Source of the DNA: the human T2T-CHM13v2.0 reference genome, Homo sapiens
Reading direction: 5' to 3' (one strand)
Assembly (NCBI RefSeq): GCF_009914755.1
Contig: NC_060936.1
DNA length: 64,000 nucleotides
Of the stretch, positions 15,211 to 35,337 are shown in pieces. The position numbers and the translations under genes are program-made. Numbering within the stretch: position 1 is the stretch's first letter; each line of letters begins with the position of its first letter. Below the pieces are notes generated by a model. It saw only the letters and a program-made list of their open reading frames with translations. It was not told the origin of the DNA and did not search any database.

Positions 15211-17168
15211 GTACTGCTGTTGCCCCACTGGTGTTCCCTTGTCCTCTCTCGGCCTCAGAGCCCGGCCTTTCTCAGGGGTGGCAACTTGCTGAGATCAAAA
15301 AGTCTGCACCTTCTGGCTTTCCTGGCAGTTTGGTTTAGGCATGTGACTAAGTCCTGGCCAATCAGATAAAAGTGGCATCTTCGGAAGGAACTTCCAGGAA
15401 GGGCCTTTAAAAGTTCTGGCTCAGCCGAGAGGGGCCCACCTCTTACCTCTCCTTCCGGCTACCTGGAATGGCTATATGGTAGTTGGAGCTTCAGGGGCCA
15501 CTTTGTGACCTTTGGGTAGAAAAAGCCTTGGTCCCTGATTACTTCATGGGGTCTCTGTGTCAGGCCTGAGCTGTCCATCTTTCAATGCCTTTTATGTGGG
15601 AGAATAAGGCCCGTTATGTTTATGCAGCTGTTATTTTGTGATTTCCGTTCTGTGCTGCTGAGTCTACTCTTAGGGGGAGGAATGAACAGTAGAACAAAAA
15701 CCAAGAACCCGTGTGGTTAGAATGAGTTACAGGTGCCTTTTAGGTACCCATCCAGAGGTGTGGAATAGATACTTACATACACATGAATGGAGCTTAGGGC
15801 TAACTCATTGATTAATTATTAATCCTGTTGCCACACAATAAGAAACAAATCTCTTTTTCATGTCCTACAAATTACTTTCCTCATGAGCTTGCAAAGCCAA
15901 ATAACAAGGACTGTCCTTCAAGAAATGTTCCAGACGAAATGTATTTGTACCATAACGACCATTACAAATCAACTGGTCACTCCATTTGCATAGGTACAAT
16001 ATCTGGGCGATTTCCATTCCAGCCTTCCACACAGCACTGACCACAGAGCACCTGAACCCGGGTGGGGGTGAGGAGAAAAGCGCCAGAGGGCAACACAGGG
16101 GGACACTATGGTGGGCTCTTCCTGGATTCCAGCAAATGCATGTTTCTCCATAGAGAAGGATGGGCATCAACGAGATGCACGAGGTGTTTTTATTTTATTT
16201 ATTTATTTATTTTTTAATGTTTCTAGGTCTACAAGGGCTTTAGGGAGATGGCAACCAATGTGATGTCTAGCCTTTTACATGAAAAAATCTTTTACTTGTG
16301 TTACCCCTCTAGATAAAGGCCATCTGAAGTTTAAGCTTAATTCAATCATGTTTTAGTAGGCATCCAACAGGGTCTGAATTATTTTCAGAGATCTTTCATA
16401 CCATAGAAGGGCCCAAGTTATTACTGGGGTCCAGGGGAAATAAAATAGAAAGCAATAACTAAGATAAGTGATCCGTCAAAAGTTACACATGCTAACAGGC
16501 CCACACAACACACACTTGTGCACAGATCTCTAAGGCTTGCACGGAGAAACGCTGCAAACCCAGGTTTGCAGAAGCAGTTGTTTCTTTTCTTCTCTCCTTG
16601 AATTTAATTAGAAATGGAGATACATAATATTAACACCAAGAACTGTCTTTCTTCTCAAACTGGTTTTCCAATCCCTAGAAATCAGGACATATTTTTTATA
16701 TGTGCTGGAAACTGGAAACGCGTTTCATGTATTAATTGGGTAAATCCTTCTATCAGCGCTATGAGGCATGAGTTTGTATTATGCCCATTGTGTAGGTAAG
16801 GAAACTGAGACACAGGGGATTCAAATGGCTTGTGTGAGAGCTGGGATTCACACAGGCAGGCTGGTCCCAGAGACCCTGAGGACAGCCCCTGTGCTGGGCT
16901 CTTTCTTGACGGGAGTGGGGAGGCTGAGAACTGATGAGGGTATGCTGCCCCCATATCCCTCTGTATTAGTATCTTACTGCTGCAGTGATAAATCACCACA
17001 AATCTGGTGACTCTAAACAGCATGCATTTATTATCAGACAGTTCCGAGGTCAGAAGTCCTAACATCAAGGTGTTGGCAGAGCTCCCTTCCTGCTGAGGAC
17101 TCGGGGAGAATCAGTTTCTTGCCTCTTACAGCTCCTAAAGGCTGCCCAATTCCCTGCCTCGTGGCCGC

Positions 17169-17580
17169 TGACGTGGTTTGGATCCATGTCCCTGCTCAAA
17201 TCTCATGTAGAATGGTTATACCCGATGTTGGAGGTGGGGCCTGGTGGGAGGTGATTGGGTCATGGGTTTGGATCCTCCATGAATGGTTTAGCCCCATCGC
17301 CTTTGGTGCTGTCCTGGTGATAGTGAGTTCTTTTGAGATCTGGTGATTTAAAAGTGTGCAGCGCCTCCCCCCTTCCTCCTGCTCCACCCACGGGAAGTGC
17401 TTGCTCTCCCTTTGCTTTCCACCATGATTGAAAGCTCCCTGAGGCCTTTCCAGAAGCCAAGCCAAAGCCACTCTGCTTCCTGTACCATCTGCAGAACCAT
17501 GAGCCAATGACACCTCGCTTCTTTAGACATTACCCAGTCCCAGGTATGTCTTCATAGCAGTGCGAGAATGGACTCATACA
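17169..17580 (+). mobile_element. MST(B)-like MaLR solo LTR
   Basis: tgacgtggtttggatc...gactcataca; TSD gccgc/gcccc. Confidence 0.85.
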
Positions 17581-17737
17581 GCCCCTTCTTCCATCTTTAC
17601 TGCCAGCAGGACAGCGTCTTCAGGTCTCTCTGACCTCTGCGTGTCCTTGCATCTCCTATTGTTCTGGGACTCTGTCTCCCTATTATAAACATTTTGATTC
17701 TTGGGATAATCCCAGATGATCTGCTCACATAATCACC

Positions 17738-18149
17738 TGATGTGGTTTGGATCTGTGTCTCCACCCAAATCTCCTGCTGCATTGTTATCCCCAGGGTTGG
17801 AGGCGGGGCCTGGTGGGAGGGGATTGGATCATGGGGGCGGAGTTCTCATCAATGGTTCAGCACCATTGTCTCCATGCTGTTCTCAGGAGGGTGAGTGCGT
17901 GAGTTCCTATGAGATCCGGTTAGGTGTGTGGCACCTCCACCCACCTTTGGCCCTGCTCCTGCCATGTAAGATATCTGCTTCCACTTCACCTTCTGCTATG
18001 AATCAAAGCTCCCTGAGGCCTCCCCAGGAGCAGATGCTACCAGGCTTCCTGTGCAGCCTGCAGAACTGTGCGCCATTTAAACCTCTTTTCTTTGTAAATT
18101 ACCCACCCTCAGTTATTTCCTTATAGCAGTGCAAGAACAGACTAATACG
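17738..18149 (+). mobile_element. MST(B)-like MaLR solo LTR
   Basis: tgatgtggtttggatc...actaatacg; TSD TCACC. Confidence 0.85.
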
Positions 18150-18367
18150 TCACCCCTACAAAATCCATTTGGCCATGTCAGTAACACCTCCACAGGTTCC
18201 AGGGATTAAGATGTGGACATCTCCGGGGTGTCATTGTATATTTACCACATAATCTAAAGAGTGTGTGTGTGGAGGGGGAGAAGAACATGGAACTAACCTT
18301 ATTCATCTGCATTCCTGGCTTTTGCAAATCTGTTTACTGCAGGTCCAGAATGTGAATGTCTCACTTA

Positions 18368-18766
<399 letters not shown>

Positions 18767-20303
18767 TCAATTCAGGGAGCATTTATTAAATCCCACAACA
18801 CACATTTATCACAACATCATGCACTAAGTAGGTTCTTAGTAAAACATGGTGGGACTTAGAAATGATAAGAGTAATAGTTTACACTTACATTGTCCTCCCT
18901 TTTTTCTAAGCACTGTTCTGCATGTTAACATGTTAGATTCACACAACTCCACACATTCTAGGAGGAAGGTGGGAAAAGCCTTCTGAGAGGGTGATGGTCT
19001 TCATATAGTGCCGAACTTCCGCCTCAGCTAAGGCTATTTATTCACTTTTTTCCTATTACCTTTAAGGTATGCAATCCATAGAATTAACTCCTGACAGGGT
19101 TCAACTTCTAACTTCAGCTTCCTTTGATGACTGTTTCAATGGGAATAAGAGCAAACAATAAAATTGGACCTGAATAGTTTGAATTTATCAGATGTCAATG
19201 AATAATTTCACTTAATAGCACTGGTGAAAGTTTAATTGTTCCTTTCTAGCCTTTGGCTTTTATTGAAGCAATCAACAAAGTCCTAGGTGCAAAGCTGGGG
19301 CAGAGGAGGGGGTAAGGCCACAAAATGAGTGCAGTGGCAAGGAAGTGAGGTTATTTTTGCAGCCTTATCACCTCCCCTGCCTGGGCTCCATGCCTAGGAC
19401 TTCGTTGTCTATTTCCTCATGCCTAAGTGGAAAACACAGCCTGGTCGCTTGACTTGCTTTTGTTAACAGCATGCAGTAGAACCAGTGTCTTGTGTGCCAT
19501 TCTAGACCAGCCAGCCCCCAGCCGACCAGGCATCTGACCACAGATATATGAGTGAGTCCAGTCACAACCAGCCGAGCATGACTTAGGTCAGCAGAACTGC
19601 AGACTCATGAGCAATAGTTATAGTAATTAATAAACCATCATAATAAATTACAATCAATAAACCATAATAATAAGCAAACTGTTTTCATTGTAAGTCACTA
19701 AGATTTAGTGTGTTATTTAGTTTTGTGATGCAATCATAGATAAAGAGAGGGTATCCTTGGGTGAGCTCCTCAAGCTGGTCTAAATGAATCACAGAGGGCT
19801 GGCAATTTGTGTCAACACAACATTATCTAGTTCTAATTCACAGATCATAAGATGATCTACAGTTATTACAATAAGCCGAGTCCATATTTTAAAATTGAGA
19901 CACTTTATAAAGAAATCCCAAGTTTGAGCTCTTTCCACAAAAAGATGAAATATCTGTTGATGCTGAGGGTGTGTTTTCCAAGGACAGCCACGCGTGGAGC
20001 TGCTGCCTGCCACATCTGCCCTCACGTCCTTGATCCTCACTCTGGTTGTCAGGTGCGGTGTTGAAAATGCAATATGGAATGTCAGGATTCTAACTCCTGG
20101 CTGATTTCATCCACTTACGGTTATGCATTCTGAACTGCCTTGTATTGAGTTCTGCTATTTTCTAGCTGTAATATCAGGTATTTTGCTCACTCTCTTTGTG
20201 CCTCAGTTTCCTCACCTGTAATATGGGGGATATGAAGGTAACCTACTTTAGAGGTGTGTTGTGAGGATCAAATACATTGTGATGTGGAAAGTCATTTGGC
20301 CAG

Positions 20304-20663
20304 TGAATTAGTCTGTTCTCACACTGCTATAAAGAATACTACCTGAGACCGGGTAATTTATAAAGAAGAGGTTGAATTGGCTCACAGTTCTGCATGGCTG
20401 GGGAGACCTCAGGAAACTTACCATCACGGCAGAGGGTGAAGGGGAAGCAAGGCAGTCTACATGGTGGCAGGAGGGAGAGAGAGAGAGTGAAGGAAGCCAC
20501 ACACTTTTAAACCATCAGATTTCCTGAGAATTCACTATCATGAGAACAGCATGGGGGAAAACACCCCCATGATCAAATCACCTCCCGTCAGTCCCTCCTT
20601 TGACATGTGGAGATTACAATTCAAGATGAGATTTGGGTGGGGACACAGAGGCAAACCATATCA
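20304..20663 (-). mobile_element. THE1/MSTA MaLR solo LTR
   Basis: tgaattagtctgttctcac...aaaccatatca; TSD GCCAG. Confidence 0.9.
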
Positions 20664-20985
20664 GCCAGTGCCTGACGTCTTGAAAGAGCTCTGTCAATGT
20701 TTGCTACACTTATGATAATAATTGTTTTTTAATGTTACCAGCTGGGCCCTGTAGGTACTTGAGTTCTCAACTCCTCCTCTGATTTCCTCTTTTTCTGCTT
20801 TATTTCTCATTCTGTACCTGCATTGTGAATCTACCCCAGTAAAAAGAAAGGACAGCAGTTTGGAAAATAGATTGGGGATATTGAGGATTTTTAATATATA
20901 GATTTTCACTTCTCTGTTGAGGTCCCCCATAGAGTCCATAGCAGGAACTATCCCTGAGGCCATGTTGCCTTTAAGAAAAGCCCAT

Positions 20986-21961
20986 GCTACGTCTCTGCTT
21001 TGTATCCCCTAACCCACATCTCCCCGTTTCCCCAGACCCCACCTGTGGTAATGACTGTTTCATTCTTTGTGTCTGCATATTTGAGCTCTTTAGAAAATAT
21101 TCCACATATAAGTGAGATGATGCAGGATTTGTCTTTCTGTGTCTGGATCTCACTTAGCATGATGTCCACCAGGTTCATTCATGTTGTGGCACACGGCAGG
21201 ATCTCCTTTTTTTTTTTTTTTTCTGAGATGGAGTCTCACTCTGTCACCCAGGATGGAGTGCAGTGGCGTGATCTTGGCTCACCACAACCTCAGCCTCCTG
21301 GTTCAAGCGATTCTCCTGCCTCAGCCTCCCAAGTAGCTGGAACTACAGGCATGTGTCACCACGCCCAGCTAATTTTTGTATTTTTAGTAGAGACGGGGTT
21401 TCACCATGTTGGCCATGATGGTCTCGATCTCTTGACCTCATGATCCGCCTGCCTTGGCCTCCCAAAGTGCTGGGATTACACACTTGAGCCACCACGCCCA
21501 GCCCCTTTTTTAAAGGCTGAATACTATTCCATTCTCTCCCTCTACGGAACCACATTGTCTTTATCCATTCGTCCGCTCATGGGCATTCAGGTTGTTTCTG
21601 TGTCTTGGTTATTGTGACTATGTTACAATGCCGCAATGTGGGTCAAAGGATACAAATGAGCAGATATGCCAAATAAACAGGTCTAGAGGTCCAGGGTGCA
21701 TTAGGCGGACGAAAGTTAACAAAGTTGTATTAGGGGTTTTGTTAAATACGTAGATTTTAGCTGCTCTTGTCACAAAAAAGGAACCATGTGAGACGACGGT
21801 CATGTCAATCTGCTTCACCATAGTAATTGTTTTATTTTATTTTCTGTCTCTTTTTTGTTTTATTTCTTTTGCAGTAACCATTTTTAACATCTATATGTAC
21901 CCCAAAACATCACATTGTGAACCTCAAATATATGAAACAAAATTTGCTAATTAAAAAAAAA
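20986..21961 (+). mobile_element. Old L1M 3' fragment with 5' inversion (twin priming), Alu inside
   Basis: Inverted part ~20986-21620, sense part ~21637-21961 with A tail; TSD aaaagcccat. Confidence 0.7.
21206..21503 (-). mobile_element. AluSc-like, in L1M
   Basis: Dimeric Alu. Confidence 0.95.
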
Positions 21962-22531
21962 AAAAGCCCATCTGTGTAGCTGCTTTCAAGGGGATTGGCA
22001 GAAAATATTGAAATCAAAGATGTGATAACCTGTGACTTGGTATCTCTCTTCCTATAGGCTGCCCTAGAGCAATCTCCTTGTGTTGGGTGTCATATGGATG
22101 GTCACAGCAGCATTGTACATATATGATTACTTTTAAAAATCAATTTACTTTAAAAAAATTACCACTTATCAAAATTGACATCTTGTCTCTGTGTAGTTCC
22201 ATGACATTTACTCAGGTATAGATTGGTGTAACTGGCACCACCATCAGGGCACTGGAAATTTCCTCACATTAACCTTTTGTAGTAACACACTCCTTCCCCC
22301 ACCCCTTACCTCTGGCCCTTGTGATCTGTTCTCCATCACTATAGTTTTTTTTTGAGGATATCATAGAAATGGAATCATATGGTACATAACCTTTTGAGAT
22401 TGTCTATTATTATTTTTCCTAGTGCAAAACTTGAACTCACCGAAAAGTACACCAATAAGTGAATAGTTAAATAAAACAGTCTATAAACATACTGTGAAGT
22501 GCCATATGCCAGTTAAAATAGCATAAAGTAG

Positions 22532-26637
<4,106 letters not shown>

Positions 26638-26713
26638 AAATAACATAAAGTAGACCTATATGTGCTAACATAGAATTCCATGACATACTGTTGTATAAAA
26701 AGTCTCTAGTAGT

Positions 26714-27006
26714 GGCCTGGCGCCATGGATCACACCTGTAATCCCAATACTTTGGGAGGCTGAGGTGGGCAGATAGCGTGAGCCTTGAAGTTCGAGACCA
26801 GCCTGGACAATATACAGAGACACTGTCTCTACAAAAATACTAAAATTAGCCCGGCATGGTGGCATGCGCCTCTAACCCAAGCTACTCAGGAGGCTGAGGT
26901 GGGAGGATCACCTGAGCCTGGGAGGTCAAGGTTACCGTGAGCCAAGATCCTGCCACTGTACTCCAGCCTTGGTGACAGAGCAAGACCCTGTCTCAAAAAA
27001 AAAAAA
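26714..27006 (+). mobile_element. AluJ
   Basis: gggaggatcacctgagcctgggaggtcaagg. Confidence 0.9.
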
Positions 27007-27226
27007 TCACCAACAGGTATATTTAGTATATTATCATTTATGTTAATTCCCTCTTCTTTATGTAGGTTCCATATAAATTTATAGGAAAGGAAAGCACCAA
27101 GTAGTTAGCAGTAGTTACGTGATAAGGCTCAAGCATTCTTTGTTCATCCCTAAACCTGAATCCTGAAACCCCCCAATCCTCATACCCACCCACAGCCCTG
27201 GGACTGTGTTATCAATGTTGTCCTAG

Positions 27227-27772
27227 TGATACAGAATGGCTCCCAACTAAACTCCACCCTCAAACCTGGACCCTCCACCCTGAGTAAAAACAGCTGACCC
27301 TGATACAGAAGGGCTGGGCTCCCAGCTAAACTCCACCCTCAAGCTGGAACCCTCCATCCTAAGCGAAAACAGCTGATCCTGATACAGAAGGGCTGGGCTC
27401 CCAGCTAAACTCCACCCTCAAGCTGACCCTCCATCCTAAGCGAAAACAGCTGATCCTGATACAGAAGGGCTGGGCTCCCAGCTAAACTCCACCCTCAAGC
27501 TGGAACCCTCCATCCTAAGCGAAAACAGCTGATCCTGATACAGAAGGGCTGGGCTCCCAGCTAAACTCCACCCTCAAGCTGGAACCCTCCATCCTAAGCG
27601 AAAACAGCTGATCCTGATACAGAAGGGCTGGGCTCCCAGCTAAACTCCACCCTCAAGCTGGAACCCTCCATCCTAAGCGAAAACAGCTGATCCTGATACA
27701 GAAGGGCTGGGCTCCCAGCTAAACTCCACCCACAAGTCTGGACACACGGCCCTAAGTGAAAGCAGCTGACCC
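27227..27772. repeat. Tandem array, 7 copies of ~79 bp
   Basis: Units begin at 27227, 27301, 27380, 27457, 27536, 27615 and 27694. Confidence 0.97.
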
Positions 27773-28279
27773 CATTCCAAATGATTGCCTTTTTGGCTCA
27801 CCCTGCCCCCTGTCCTGTGTACCTAAAAGCCAGACCAGGTGGCAGGAAAAAAAGAAGAGAACAACACAAGCTGCTGATGGGCCGGGATACAAGCGGCTGA
27901 GTGGGGAGCTGAGAAACAGCAACTGAGCGCAGGAGAACTTCAGATGGTGCAGCTTTGGAGGCGAGCTCAGCCAGAGACGGCTGGGCTTCAGGGAAAGATC
28001 ACCTTCTTCCTGCACCATCTCCTTTCCAGCTCCCCTTCCATCGAGAGTCACTTCCACTGTTCAATAAAGCCTTACACATTCATTGTCTTTCAAACAGTTC
28101 ATGTGACTTGGTTCTTCCTGGACACCCAACAAAAACTGTGTCAAAAAGGGCAGGTGCAGGAGTCTGTCATCCTAACTCTTCACTGAGCTGTTAACACTTA
28201 GCTGTCCACAGACTGCAGGCTGAGTGAAATGTACCACTCCGGGAGGGGGTCAAGGTCAAGGGAAAAATCCTGTCTCCAC
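27227..28279 (+). mobile_element. ERV1 solo LTR (LTR1/LTR27/LTR28-like) with tandemly amplified 5' end
   Basis: TGATACAGAA start, AATAAA near 28063, 3' end ggtcaagggaaaaatcctgtctcca. Confidence 0.7.
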
Positions 28280-28299
28280 AGAGTCTTCAACCTGCTCCC

Positions 28300-30135
<1,836 letters not shown>

Positions 30136-31100
30136 TTAGCAGATAACCAGCAGAAATGGCACAAAACATCTTTCTGTAGTCAACTTCATTTCAGTCTTTT
30201 AGAAGCATTCAAAAATGTACCGCAGTTTAGAAAATAGCAGTTCTTTCTTTTTAAATTTAATCCCTGTAATAAACAATATATTCAAATGTACAAAAATAAT
30301 ACCTTCCCCTTCCTCTCTTCACCCCCAAAGAGGCCATTACATCTCTTCATTATTTGTGTATTATTACATGGTATCTTTATGTGAACACATGCAAATACAA
30401 TGTGTATTCTTGTTTTCCACACTTTTTAACATAAATAGTTGCCTGCTGTAATACTGTATTGCAACTTGCTTTTTTTCATTGAAATGTATATCTTTCTACA
30501 TCAGTACAGTTTTCTCGTTCCTCTTTTTCAGATGTGGTGCATTGCATTATTTATTCTGATGGATAGTATAATGTAATTTATTCAATCAGTCTCCTACCAA
30601 TAGACATATGAGTTACTTTCAATCTTTTTCTATTACACAAAAAAGCTGCAATGAATATTCTTATGCACAGGCATTCTCACATGTACAAGTATTTGGGTGG
30701 GATAAGTTTACAGACATATGATAGCTGGGTCAAATGTATTTGTACTTGTAATTTTAATGGATATTCCCAAATTAACCCATATGGTGCTTGCATTGGTTCA
30801 CATTTTCACCAGCTGTGTGTGAGAGACCTTGGGTCCCCACAGCCTCGACAATGCAGTGTGTTACTGTGCTTTGGGATTTGTTCCAATCTCCTAGGTTAAA
30901 AAAATGGTATCTCAATATACTTTTATACTTGTGATATTATGAAGTCAGGTTGGACTCTTTTTTCATATGTTTAAGAGCAATTTTTTTTTCCTTTCTGTGT
31001 ACTGTCTATTCATGTGAAAATGACATTTCCAAGTTTCTGTGTTTTTTTCATACTAGGTCGTTAACTAGAGTATCTTAGCCTTCATCTTTAACTCAAATAC

Positions 31101-31636
31101 TGCGGCCCTCAAGACTACCCCCAGGCTCAATGACTTCCTAGAAGGCCCATGATTCAGCAAAGTGGTTATGCTCACAACAACAGTTTATTACGGCGAAAGC
31201 ATGCAGATTGAACCCAGCATATGGAAGCAGTGCACAGGGTGGGCCCAGGAGAGTTCCAGTTGTCCTCTCCCGCTGGAGTCACAGGTACTGCACTTACTGC
31301 CCCCAGCCATGAAGCATGGCAACACACCCAGACTCCCGCCGGCCAGTGAAGCCCGCCCCCCCCCTCCCCGCCTTGGTGGGCAGAGTTCTGACTGGGTGAT
31401 GGTCCTGTAGACTCACCTGATCACCCTCATGACTGACCTTATTCTCCAGCCCCTACAGAGGTTGAGCAGATAACTGCATTGTCTAAGAACCCCACCATGG
31501 ATCACATTGACTAATGTGGGCAAAAGGTCCCAGGTAAACAAAGGTGCTCTTGTCAGGCAGGACATCCCAAGGACTTAGAGGCTGGCTGGTCAGGAGCCAA
31601 GCCTTTCTTGGGGCAAGGTTAGCCTCTACTGCACAA
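31101..31636 (-). mobile_element. MER21/MER77-like LTR
   Basis: caagactacccccaggctcaatga...cagtttattacggcgaaag...ggggcaaggttagcctctactgcaca. Confidence 0.55.
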
Positions 31637-32079
31637 TCCCCACCCACTTAGATTCTGTGCATGCTTCAAGACCCAGCCAAAAACCCAAAAACCCACCTCA
31701 TTCATGCAGCCTTCTTCAACATCCTCAATGAGCATGAGTAAGAATTAATTTCTGAATTTCTATGCTCCCAAAGCACTTCCATAACCCTCTGCGACAGATA
31801 TTAGCCTTGCATACTGAGATGTTGTGAAGCAGCCCTTGTTGATATCGCCCTTTAGGTGTTTTTCATTATCAAAAAAAGTACACCCATCCCACTTTCAATT
31901 CCAAATATCTCATCATTCTCTGGTCTCCTCTTCTCACCTGTGTAGCTCACTGGCCCCCGTTCTTCAAATCCTTCAGGTCTTTTATTGCACCTGGATCTGT
32001 ACTCCGTTGCTCCTACTTCCTTCTCACGTTTCACTACTCTCGGGGAGGAAAGGTTGACCTCCAATCAGAACACACACAG

Positions 32080-33950
32080 TTCATCTTCACCTCTCTCTGT
32101 GCTGAGCTTAGACACTGTGTTCCGCGGTAATCATCGAAGTCTTGTCTATACCCTCAGTGCTCTGGGCTCTCTCTTCATCTGTTAGATTCACTTGCAAAAA
32201 CAGCAATTCCAGGTAAATCCAACTGCATCTACATCGCCCCTGCATGCAGGCAGCTGAAAGTAACCGGGGAAACACCCGCTCATGCCCACTGGCCTCGCTT
32301 AAATCTTCTTACCGTGAATTTCAGTGGATCCTCAGTGCAGTCTAGAAACCGCTTTATAGCTCCCAAAGCCATTTGCTTCCTGTTCACCGAGTACAATAGA
32401 AGTAGTAAGAGAAGAATTTTGTGAGCTCTCAGAGCCATATCTCAACCTACAGATAGGTTCCATCCCGTTACAATGGATGAATGGTTTGTGCTCTGATTTG
32501 ACGTCAACCTTCTCCTTGGTCAGTGCATCCCATCTATCAACTAACTACGTGAGGACATTCACATTCCAGAAGTAGTTCTCTTGTCCCCTTGCAATATTAT
32601 GTTTCTTCTCACCACTTGATCAGCCCTGCAATATCTTATAATATCTCTAATTTTTAAGAAAACTGCTATCCCACCTTTTCTCTTTCCTCCCCCTTCTTTA
32701 TTTTAGCAACACCCATTAGAAAAACTGTCCACAGTATTTTCCTCTCTTCACTCTTGTTAAGCTACTCTTTTACTCCCAGCACTCAAGAAAAGAAGTTCCT
32801 GTTCAGATGACCAGTGATCTCAGTGTTGCTGAACTTCATGTTCAATTCTCTGTCGTCATCTTGATCTGCCTTTAATCAGCATACAGCACCATTTATCGTT
32901 TCTTGCTTCCTGAATCAACTTCTTCCTTTGGGGACCCCACTCCCTCCTGTTTCTTACCTCCCTCCACTAGCACCTCCTTCCCCATCTCCTGGGCAAGTTC
33001 TTTCTCGTTTTTCAATTCCTTAGGTCTTTTTTTTCTCCTCTCCTCTCTTCCTTCTCTTTAAATACAATCCACAGGCTGATGACTCTCTAGTCTATGTATC
33101 TGGCCTGGACATCTACCTCGGACTCAAGATTTTCACATGCAGTATCTTTTTGGATATCCCTCCTCGTATATCTAGCATAGATCTCACTTTAACATGCTTA
33201 AGGCAGAACTCATGAGTTAGTGCGCTCACACAGCCATCTTCCCCGTCTCCGTCAATGACAACTTCATTTATCCCGATGCTCCAGCTGAAGACCCTGGAGT
33301 CACCTGGACTCTTCCGCTTCCATCACGCCGCACAGTCAGTCCATCAGCAAACCCTTCCCCACAGTCAGTCCATAAGCAAACCCTTCTGGCTCTGTCAGCC
33401 TCTGAGGACTTCTCACCACCCTCATCTCTGGGGATTATTGCACTGATTTTCTACCTGTTCTCCCTTGATCCACTCTTGCCCTGCTCCAGATAAATCTACT
33501 AAAAACAAGTCAGATTATGGCACTCTTCTGCCCCAAACCTCCCCGAATTATTGCGATGGTCTGCTACCTGGTCTCTCCTCTTCCGTCTTTGACTCTCTCT
33601 CATGTATTTGTTGCAGAGCAGCCAGATTGTTTCTTTTAGGACATCTGCCAGATTGTGCCTCTCCTGTCTTCAGAATCGTCTGATTACTCCCATATCACTT
33701 AGAGGGAAAGTCAAACTCGCCCTACCCCATTCTTGGTCCCTGTCTGCTCTCTAATGTCACTTCCCACTGTGTCCTCCTGCCCACCCAGCTCATCACTCTT
33801 GCTTCAAACACTCTTTCCTGTGATTCTTTGTGTCTTTCTGCATCATTTCCTTCAGATATCTTCTCAAATACCCCTCTCTGACTACCACGTAAATAAGAGC
33901 ACCCCTGCTGCAGGCATTCTGCTCGCCTTACTTATTTTGCTTTATAACAC
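32080..33950 (+). mobile_element. Degenerate L2 LINE
   Basis: Pyrimidine-rich L2-like motifs such as gctgatgactctctagtctatgtatctggcctggac and cagagcagccagattg; an L2-like tail resumes after the CA tract. Confidence 0.55.
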
Positions 33951-33954
33951 TTAT

Positions 33955-34965
33955 CACTCACACCCACACACACTCACACCCACACACATCCACATGCTCA
34001 CACCCACACACACTCACCCCCACACCCCCACACACATTCACACCTGCACCCACACCTCACACACAGACTCACACACCCACACACACATCCGCACCTCCAC
34101 ACATAGGCTCACATCCCCCCACACCTCCACACTTACACCTACACACCCACACACACTCACCCCGATACACTCACACACCCACACATCCGCATCCCCACAC
34201 ACACTCACCTCCACACCCCCCCACATAGACTCACACCCACATGCTCACACCCCCACACGCACTCACCCCACACCCCCACACACATTCACACACGCACCTC
34301 ACACACAGACTCACACACCCACACACATATCCACACCCCCATACAGACTCACATCCCCCCACACCCCCACACTTACACCTACACACCCACACACACTCAC
34401 CCCATACACTCACACCCACACATCCACATCCCCACACACACACCTCCACATCCCCCACAGACTCACACCCATGCACTCACACCCACATGCTCACACCCAC
34501 ACACACACTCACCCCACACCCCCACATACATTCACACCTGCACCCACACACCCACACCTCACATACAGACTCACACACCCACTCACACATCCACAACCCC
34601 ACACAGACTCACATCTCCCCACACCCCCACACTTACACCTACACACCCAACACACCCCATATACTCACACTCACACCCACACATCTGCATCCCCAGACTC
34701 ACATCCCCCCACACCCCCACACTTACACCAACACGCCCACACACACTCACCCCCACACGCACACACACATTCACACCCGCACCCACACCCACACCTCACA
34801 CACAGACTCACACACCCACACACACATCCACAGCCCCACACACAGACTCACTTCCCCCCACCCCCACACTTACACCTACACACCCACACACACCCCCATA
34901 CACTCACACACATCCGCATCCCCACACACAGACTCACACACCCGCACACACAACTCACGTACACA
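33955..34965. repeat. CA-rich low-complexity array with a higher-order ~240-bp period
   Basis: Anchor acttacacc(t/a) recurs at ~34131, 34371, 34631, 34721 and 34868. Confidence 0.9.
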
Positions 34966-35037
34966 TCCCTTGTATTTGTCTCTCTCCATTAGCATGTAAG
35001 TTCCAAGAGAGAAGAGACTTTATATACATATATAGTC

Positions 35038-35337
<300 letters not shown>

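Larger units (their letters stand above)
16962..18249 (-). mobile_element. MLT1 MaLR LTR hosting two MST LTRs
   Basis: tgtattagt... start and ...tttaccaca end; collinear once the two inserts are removed. Confidence 0.75.

Noticed and set aside
27227-27772. CRISPR-like array
   Set aside because: Head-to-tail units with no unique spacers, eukaryotic context, and the unit is an LTR end.
33733-34999. 419-aa and 252-aa His/Thr/Pro-rich ORFs
   Set aside because: By-products of a G-poor CA tract in which stop codons are rare; no domain or gene structure.
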